Origin: Pseudomonadota bacterium
GTDB lineage: Bacteria > Bdellovibrionota_B > Oligoflexia > Silvanigrellales > Silvanigrellaceae
Direction: 5' to 3'
Assembly: GCA_039799905.1 (NCBI GenBank)
Contig: JBDLRP010000041.1
Span: 32,001 to 96,000 of the forward strand
DNA length: 64,000 bases
Below are positions 57,845-64,000 of the stretch, piece after piece. Made by a program: the position numbers and the translations under genes. The notes beneath the pieces were generated by a model, which saw only the letters and a program-made list of their open reading frames with translations, ran no database searches and had not been told where the DNA came from. Numbering within the stretch: the stretch's first letter is position 1; each line of letters opens with the position of its first letter.

Positions 57845-57872
57845 CTAAACATATCCCCAGATAATCCGATGC
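57845..57872 (+). promoter_or_regulatory. Sigma28-like promoter candidate for the giant lipoprotein gene
   Basis: CTAAA-N15-TCCGATGC. It overlaps the track ATG at 57869, implying the true start is downstream (57894 or 57950). Confidence 0.4.
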
Positions 57873-60800
57873 AGAGATACAGGGGAGAAGGAATGGCCGA
57901 GGCCGAAAGTATCAGAAACGGCAAAGTTGTGTTGTTTGATCGTTCCGCCATGAGTAGGCGGCTGTCATTTCTCGTTCTTATTTGTCTCGGCATATTTTTT
58001 GCCGCCTGTAGCTCAAAAGCAAAGGTTAAGTACGAAAGCCTGGATCGTAAAGAAACGCAGGACAAAATAAACGCTGTCGGCAATAGCGCTGAGGCAGCTG
58101 AATTGTTTAAAAAACTGTCTGACCAATTGAGCGAAGAAGAAAGAAAACCACTCAACGAAATGATTTCGGTCATTATCGACAGAACACCAAGTAAAGCCGA
58201 AAAAAACTTCACCGTCGTAGCCGTTCTTAAGGCAGCCGAATCGATTCGCAGTACCGCAACGCTTCGCGCAAATTTTAAAAATCTTGTCGAACAGATGCTC
58301 GAGTTGAGCAAATTTTTTGATGAATCGTTGAAAGCAATTGCAGATGGTCTAGCTGTCGCGGCCGGTGAAAATAAAACTGTTTTCCTCTCGCAAGCTGAGT
58401 TTTTGCGAAAACGTGCCATTGCACAGACTGACCTACTTTTGACGATTGAATCGCTTTTATCAAAGGTCAACTCTGAAGGCGTTTTGGCTTCATCAGGCGC
58501 CTGGGGGAGTCTCCCGGCTGACGTGACAGCTGCAAAAGATTACTTGGAGATCCTTTTCAAGATTGCAGCGTCTGCATCTGCACAGGACGTTGCAAAGTGG
58601 ATTGACCGCACAAAAGATGAGAATATCAGCGCGCTGTTACTGCAAGGAATCAGGCCGATTTCGGCGAACGATTCGCAGCTGCCATTCATGGTAAAAGTGC
58701 AAAACGTCATTCCACAAGACACACTACTCATCTTCAACAGTCTCATGGCAGTCTATACGTCAGATGCCACAGCACAAAATACCAAAGTATCACTCGCCGA
58801 AGCTTTGAAGAAATCACTCGTGCTCAAGTCAGCTCTTCAGCCGTCTTTTTTTGCCTTGACCGCGGAATCTTTGAAGCGGACCAACTCTCAGATCTTTTTA
58901 AACGCTCTCGCGGACTCGATTGATCGAACAGGCGGGGAAGGCTTCTTTCTCCAGCCGCAGTACACAACCAGAAACCTGAGTGCGTTTGTGATTCCGGGCT
59001 GCGTCCTTCCCGGATCTTCAGGAGAATCGGTGACCTTTTCGTTCAGTTGGAAGAAGTCTGGCAACGTGATTCTTGAATTCACTCCACCGTCGACGGTCAG
59101 ACAAAACTCCGCCGGCGTTCTATTCGAGGTCGACGCTCAGGCACAATGCAGCGTCAGAGTGTTCGTCAGCGGGAATCAGGTTGCTGAATTGAACAGTGAA
59201 TTGGTGACAGTTCGCTCGGCGGCGCCGAGTTTTGCGTCCGGTGATCCACCAATCGTGCAGTCGTTCGCGATCAAAAAATCTGGCAGCTTTCTGTACAAAG
59301 TGAACGAGCAGGATGCGATAGCGGATATCAATACGTTCTATCGGGTCACGACTCAGCCGCAACACGGGAGTGTAAGCCAGAGCGAAGTCGGGTTTTTCGA
59401 CTATCGTCCGATTGCTAATTATGTGGGAGCCGATTCCTTCGGTTTTGTCGCATGCAATCCGGATGATGTCTGTAGTTCGGAAAAACTCATCACATTCAAC
59501 ATCAGCGAAGGGAATCTGAGCCCTCAGTTAGAAAGATTCATCATACCTCCGCAAAATAAATTGGGAGCCGGAATTGCCATGAGTCAATCATCTGTATTGA
59601 CTGATGTGCAGGTGGTGGTCATCGATGACGACATTTTAACTTCTTCGTGTGCAGTGCCAAATGTGATTGTCACGTCAGGAAATCTGGCGGTCATACCTCA
59701 GGCCAATATTGAAATCAGCGGAACCTATCCCTTCTGCAAGCTCAAGTTGACTCCCGCGGCAGGACCTGGAGGACTAGGCAGTGCAACCCTGACACTGAAA
59801 CTCGATGACCAAATCAATCCACCGGTTACATCTGACTTCAACGTTACGGTATTCAGCTCTACCCCCCAATTTGTTTTACCGGAAGCGCCCACCACCTTTA
59901 CCGTCAACAAGAATTCAGGCGCGAACACACTTCAACTCAGTGCATTGGTCGATCCTGATGCTGCACTGTTTACGACCCCGCAAACAACAACTTATTCAGT
60001 CACAAGCTCGCCTGCATTGGGGAGCGTATCGGCTGCATCGACTGTTCCGGCAGCCGGATTCGGTAGCATCACGTACACCACACCCAGTTCGCAGCCAAAC
60101 ACTCAGGCGAATCAAACTACATCCTTTTCATACTTAGCCTGTGACAACTCCTCGACACCGAATTGTTCGCCAACGCGCACTGTCAGCGTGAACATCATCA
60201 ACAATCCGCCAACGATATCTGCGATAGGCGATCTCAGTTTCAACGAAGATACACTTTCGACTGTGCAAAGTTTTACAATCAGCGATCCCGATGACACACG
60301 AAGCTGTGCTGATTTCAACTCAGCAGGAAATAAGATTTCCAGTGACACCACCATAATTCCAACGAGCGGAATCATTGTAGGAGGCACGGGAACAAACTGC
60401 ACAGTTCAAATTGATTCTGAAGCGAATGGCAGCGGCGGTCCCGTCACCGTCACACTGAGTTTACCTCACACAGTGCCGGTCCAACGGAGTTTTTCCGTCA
60501 CAGTTCTGCCTGTCAACGACGCTCCGACTGCCGTTCAGCTGTCGAATGCGACGATCGTTGAAAACAATCTGGCAAATGCTTTTATTGGCACCCTGAGCAC
60601 CACGGATCCTGATTCGGACGATTCATTTACCTACACTCTTGGAGGAGCCGACGCAGCTGCATTCACCATCAGCGGCAGCAACTTGCTAATCAATGCACCG
60701 GCAGATTTCGATACAAAATCCTCTTTCGCGATTACAATCACAAGCACGGACGCCGACGGACTCTCGATTGCAGGAGTTCCTTTTACCATCACAGTCATCA

Positions 60801-63556
60801 ACATCAACGAATCGCCCGCGTTCACAAGCACGGGCGAAACGCTTGTGCAGGTGAGTGAACAGGAAGTCAACCGCACTATCACTCTGGCAACTGCGACAGA
60901 TGCAGACAACCCAACACTCACTGCAGAGCTTGTTGGCAGCGGACCAAGCTCAGGAACACTGACAGGATTTCCAGTCACTCTGACCTCCGGAGGCACGGCA
61001 CAAACCGTGACTTATGCGCCCACAGCGGGTCAGCTGGGTGTCTTCACTTTCCAATACAGAGTCTGCGATGCTGCCCCGCTTTGCACGGAAGTCAAAACTG
61101 TTTCAATTGAAGTGCTTGGCAAAACTCCCGTGCTCAATGGTGCCGCGCTGAACAGCAGCTTCAACGTTGAGACTTCGGAAAGCGTCTCGATTGCTCTTGA
61201 CGGTGTGATTGATCCGGATGCCGTGCGGCTCGCCCAAAGCCTCAGCTACACAGTCACACTGACAAACAGCCTCGGCACTGCGCCGACAGGATTTGCGGCT
61301 GCGACCACCGGCACGGGTTCTGTCACCTTCACTGCCGGCGCAAGCAGCGGAGTTGAAGTCCTAAAGTACAAAGCATGCGATTCAAATGCGACTCCCAACT
61401 GCAGCTCTGAAAAATCAGTGACAATTAACATCGGAACGGCAAACAGTCCGTTCGAGGTGACGGCCGGAAGCAGAAGCGTTGCCATCGGAAATGCAAACAC
61501 AGGAACCGTTACACTCGGACAATTTGCGGATCCAATTACACCTGCAGCAACACTTGTTTACGTTGTCACGCAAAACGCTGCACGCCTTTCGAGTGTCAGC
61601 GGACTCAACCCCGCAACAGGAACGCAGACGGTCACCTACAGCCGACCTGATCAATCTGCAGGAACTGAGGTTGTCGCTTACAAAGCCTGTACAACGGGTG
61701 TCACTCCACAGCGATGTTCACCTGAGATTGTTGTTGAGGTCAGCCGGACGACCGACATTGCCGCCCCCACTCTGGCGGGTGGTGATTCACTTGTGGTCAT
61801 CAGCGAAACTGCCGGCACCGGCGGAGGCTCAGTCAATATTTCATTGGCGGGAGCCACATCCGCTGGACATCCGGAGTTCACCTTGACGTACAGTCTTGTG
61901 CAGGGCCCACAAAACAGAACCGGAGTCGCGTTGGTCGACGGCCCCGTCGCAACGCTCGCGACACTACCCGCCAATGCAAACGCCACGACCACTACGGTGA
62001 GCTACACACTACGCAACGATCTCTTTGCAGGAACATCCGACCAAATCATCTATCAGGTCTGCCAGAATTCAACACCTATCCTCTGCTCAAGTAGAACAGT
62101 TTCAATTGCAGTGATTGCAGCCAACGACCCAACAACGGGAACGATCTCAACCCTCGATTCCAATACTCCGCCGCTCAAACTGACAGGCGCAGAAAGTGGC
62201 AGCAAAACTTTCAACATGAATCTCACGCTTGCAGACAGCGACAGCATTGTTGCCTGCAACAGCGTGACGGTTATCTCGTCGGCGCCAAGCCTGATCGCCG
62301 CCTCGACTGTCAGTGAAGCAGGTCCATGCACGTTCACACTCACCTCGACTGCAGGACTCTCCGGTGATGCGGATATCACTTTGCAGCTCGGTGGTTCGAC
62401 GATGAAAATCAACGCGGACCAAACTTCATTCCGCACAAGTGTTCTTGCACTCGATAACTCTTCTCCCAAACGTGCCATCCATGTTTGCAACGGCTCGAGC
62501 GTGATAGTCGGACAAGGGCCTGACTCTTCCAACCAATCCATCGACGGTATTGCAGCCTGCAAAGATTTTGTTGACTCGGGCTGGGACGCGACTGTCGCGC
62601 TCAATGAGAATCAATATTTCCGTTCTATCGACCGCAGTAAACTGCCTGATCCGCGCAATTATTGCATTGGCTTCAAACTGTTCGGGTTTCAGGGCATGGC
62701 GCTGTGCGGCAATGGAAGCGAGCCGCTCAACCTGCACCGCAACGTCGGCACTCTGCTGGTGAATGCATCCACAGAGCCCGCAACGGGTTATCGATTGTTT
62801 CCCGATCCAGTGAAAGATCATGACGGACAAACCGTCGGAACGTCAGGCATCAAAAAATTGCTGACACGTCCGGCCAATCCGTGCGGAACCTCCGGTGCGA
62901 CAGTTGCATCACGCATTGTTGATTGTTCCGTGCAAAATCCAACGACTTCTTTTTGGGACGGCAGCGTTAAAGGAAACACCGGCCAAGGGCTCTGGCGTCT
63001 TGTGACGGTCAAAGCCATAGCCGACGGCGATTGTGCGTCGGGCTGCACCGAAGTGTGGCGGGACGAACGCACAGGATTGCTGTGGAGCGACGTGATTGTC
63101 GACAACAGCGCAGATGCTGTCGACACCTACAACTGGTGCAAGGCATCGGGCAACAGCAACGCAGCAGATGCCCCCAGTCAGGAAATTGATGCAACAGTAT
63201 GTGCAAGCGCGGCAAATCAAAACCAGACAACCCCTACCAGCGTATGTGCAGAGGATGACGTCGCCCCTAGTGTTTTCGCCCTTCTCGATGCAAGGCAACT
63301 GCTCTCGCTCGGCGACCTGAGATTGAACACGACGCCTAAAGTCCGCTGGTGGTTGCCGAGCCGCGCCGATTATTTGCGTGCAGAACGGCACGGTCTGCGC
63401 TTTGTCTTGCCCAACTTCAACAATGAATTCTGGACGGCAACGGTCAGCAGTGCGGCCTCAGGCAACGCTTGGACATTTGATGGCGGAGCCGGAGGAAAAT
63501 TATCGACGGCCGCGCGCACTGCCAGCAAAAAAGTGCGCTGCGTGGGGTCACCATGA
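57869..63556 (+). CDS. Giant surface lipoprotein: helical N-domain, Ig-like/cadherin stalk, C-terminal DUF1566 (Lcl)-like domain
   Basis: Lipobox FAAC (likely start 57950); cadherin-like motifs VNDAPT...ENN...LSTTDPD...DFDTK; repeated YKAC/YRVCD modules; head WRDERTGLLWS...WWLPS...FWTAT...AW.F...VRCV. Confidence 0.8.
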   Translation: MQRYRGEGMAEAESIRNGKVVLFDRSAMSRRLSFLVLICLGIFFAACSSKAKVKYESLDRKETQDKINAVGNSAEAAELFKKLSDQLSEEERKPLNEMISVIIDRTPSKAEKNFTVVAVLKAAESIRSTATLRANFKNLVEQMLELSKFFDESLKAIADGLAVAAGENKTVFLSQAEFLRKRAIAQTDLLLTIESLLSKVNSEGVLASSGAWGSLPADVTAAKDYLEILFKIAASASAQDVAKWIDRTKDENISALLLQGIRPISANDSQLPFMVKVQNVIPQDTLLIFNSLMAVYTSDATAQNTKVSLAEALKKSLVLKSALQPSFFALTAESLKRTNSQIFLNALADSIDRTGGEGFFLQPQYTTRNLSAFVIPGCVLPGSSGESVTFSFSWKKSGNVILEFTPPSTVRQNSAGVLFEVDAQAQCSVRVFVSGNQVAELNSELVTVRSAAPSFASGDPPIVQSFAIKKSGSFLYKVNEQDAIADINTFYRVTTQPQHGSVSQSEVGFFDYRPIANYVGADSFGFVACNPDDVCSSEKLITFNISEGNLSPQLERFIIPPQNKLGAGIAMSQSSVLTDVQVVVIDDDILTSSCAVPNVIVTSGNLAVIPQANIEISGTYPFCKLKLTPAAGPGGLGSATLTLKLDDQINPPVTSDFNVTVFSSTPQFVLPEAPTTFTVNKNSGANTLQLSALVDPDAALFTTPQTTTYSVTSSPALGSVSAASTVPAAGFGSITYTTPSSQPNTQANQTTSFSYLACDNSSTPNCSPTRTVSVNIINNPPTISAIGDLSFNEDTLSTVQSFTISDPDDTRSCADFNSAGNKISSDTTIIPTSGIIVGGTGTNCTVQIDSEANGSGGPVTVTLSLPHTVPVQRSFSVTVLPVNDAPTAVQLSNATIVENNLANAFIGTLSTTDPDSDDSFTYTLGGADAAAFTISGSNLLINAPADFDTKSSFAITITSTDADGLSIAGVPFTITVININESPAFTSTGETLVQVSEQEVNRTITLATATDADNPTLTAELVGSGPSSGTLTGFPVTLTSGGTAQTVTYAPTAGQLGVFTFQYRVCDAAPLCTEVKTVSIEVLGKTPVLNGAALNSSFNVETSESVSIALDGVIDPDAVRLAQSLSYTVTLTNSLGTAPTGFAAATTGTGSVTFTAGASSGVEVLKYKACDSNATPNCSSEKSVTINIGTANSPFEVTAGSRSVAIGNANTGTVTLGQFADPITPAATLVYVVTQNAARLSSVSGLNPATGTQTVTYSRPDQSAGTEVVAYKACTTGVTPQRCSPEIVVEVSRTTDIAAPTLAGGDSLVVISETAGTGGGSVNISLAGATSAGHPEFTLTYSLVQGPQNRTGVALVDGPVATLATLPANANATTTTVSYTLRNDLFAGTSDQIIYQVCQNSTPILCSSRTVSIAVIAANDPTTGTISTLDSNTPPLKLTGAESGSKTFNMNLTLADSDSIVACNSVTVISSAPSLIAASTVSEAGPCTFTLTSTAGLSGDADITLQLGGSTMKINADQTSFRTSVLALDNSSPKRAIHVCNGSSVIVGQGPDSSNQSIDGIAACKDFVDSGWDATVALNENQYFRSIDRSKLPDPRNYCIGFKLFGFQGMALCGNGSEPLNLHRNVGTLLVNASTEPATGYRLFPDPVKDHDGQTVGTSGIKKLLTRPANPCGTSGATVASRIVDCSVQNPTTSFWDGSVKGNTGQGLWRLVTVKAIADGDCASGCTEVWRDERTGLLWSDVIVDNSADAVDTYNWCKASGNSNAADAPSQEIDATVCASAANQNQTTPTSVCAEDDVAPSVFALLDARQLLSLGDLRLNTTPKVRWWLPSRADYLRAERHGLRFVLPNFNNEFWTATVSSAASGNAWTFDGGAGGKLSTAARTASKKVRCVGSP

Positions 63557-64000
63557 AAACAATCAACATTCAAAAAAATAAATTTCTCAGAACGGGTGGA
63601 CTGACACTCATGCTAATGTCCGCTGTCGGATTGCTGATGCTCACGCAGGCCAAAGCCGTCACAGCCGCAGACATTTGCAAACAACAAACAATCTTCGGAA
63701 TTGTCGGTACAAAATCATGTGTGGGGCAGGACGACGGCAATGGTGTTGTGCCTGCAGTGAGCACACTCACCAGTGTTGAAAACTTACCCAATGTGCCAGC
63801 GGTTTTTTCTGCAACCGATCCAACAGGTGCCAGCGAACTTGCAAAGGTCTGCAATTCGCAAAATCTGTTGGGTGATGCAGGAACGGCAGTCTGCAGCAAA
63901 CGCGCTGCCATGAACCACCGCAACAAAGCCGGAACGCAGTCTGTGCTGAGCGAAGATTTTACGACAACAGCTCCCAACGGCAGGCTCGTTGCGCAGGTGA
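63553..64000 (+). CDS. Secreted protein, 3'-truncated; paralogous to the pre-head region of the upstream giant protein
   Basis: ATGA overlap with the upstream stop; frame open to the window end; signal peptide ending AKA; C..IFG..G...C repeats and HRN.AGT motif. Confidence 0.7.
   Translation, partial: MKTINIQKNKFLRTGGLTLMLMSAVGLLMLTQAKAVTAADICKQQTIFGIVGTKSCVGQDDGNGVVPAVSTLTSVENLPNVPAVFSATDPTGASELAKVCNSQNLLGDAGTAVCSKRAAMNHRNKAGTQSVLSEDFTTTAPNGRLVAQV

Noticed and set aside
57799..58470. 223-aa minus-strand ORF
   Set aside because: Antisense to the giant lipoprotein; no motifs.
63000..63556. Complete diversity-generating retroelement
   Set aside because: No reverse transcriptase, accessory gene or template repeat seen in the window; only the target-like domain is present.
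63570..63977. 135-aa minus-strand ORF in the track
   Set aside because: The plus-strand frame from 63553 has a signal peptide, an ATGA coupling and paralogy to the upstream gene, so it is the better gene call.

Overview
A gene-dense chromosomal window. I found no tRNA, rRNA, CRISPR array, integrase or transposase. The gene set (Agl-Glt-type cluster, TIGR04552-like protein, DUF2058, many lipoproteins, giant Ig-stalk surface proteins) suggests a Bdellovibrionota/Oligoflexia-like organism; this is inference only. Contents, in order: a partial vWA gene; two lipoproteins downstream of an orphan cheA (two Hpt domains)-cheW pair; maf, yggS; a GAF-like + signal-less S8 protease pair; cdsA; a class II DAHP synthase; a second chemosensory cluster (cheR, REC-cheA, cheW, and a CheD-REC-CheB fusion whose methylesterase Ser/His appear lost, plus a divergent cheW); an Ig-stalk/RCC1 lipoprotein; galT-galK-GH42; two lipoproteins; DsbA; DUF2058; a STAS-like protein; a TrmH methyltransferase; an M23 peptidase preceded by a rod-shaped structured RNA candidate; a contiguous ExbB/ExbD/ExbD + Glt-like operon; a TIGR04552-like (RelA/SpoT synthetase-like) gene upstream of an FAD/Fe-S oxidoreductase and a mutarotase-like gene; htpG; and a 1,895-aa Ig/cadherin-stalk lipoprotein with a DUF1566-like head, followed by a partial paralogue of that head. 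Best leads: the CheD/pseudo-CheB fusion, the ~160-nt rod RNA, the modular stalk + alternative-head surface proteins, and a repeated sigma28-like promoter motif with an exact 15-bp spacer. All family calls come from motif recognition by eye, not database searches.
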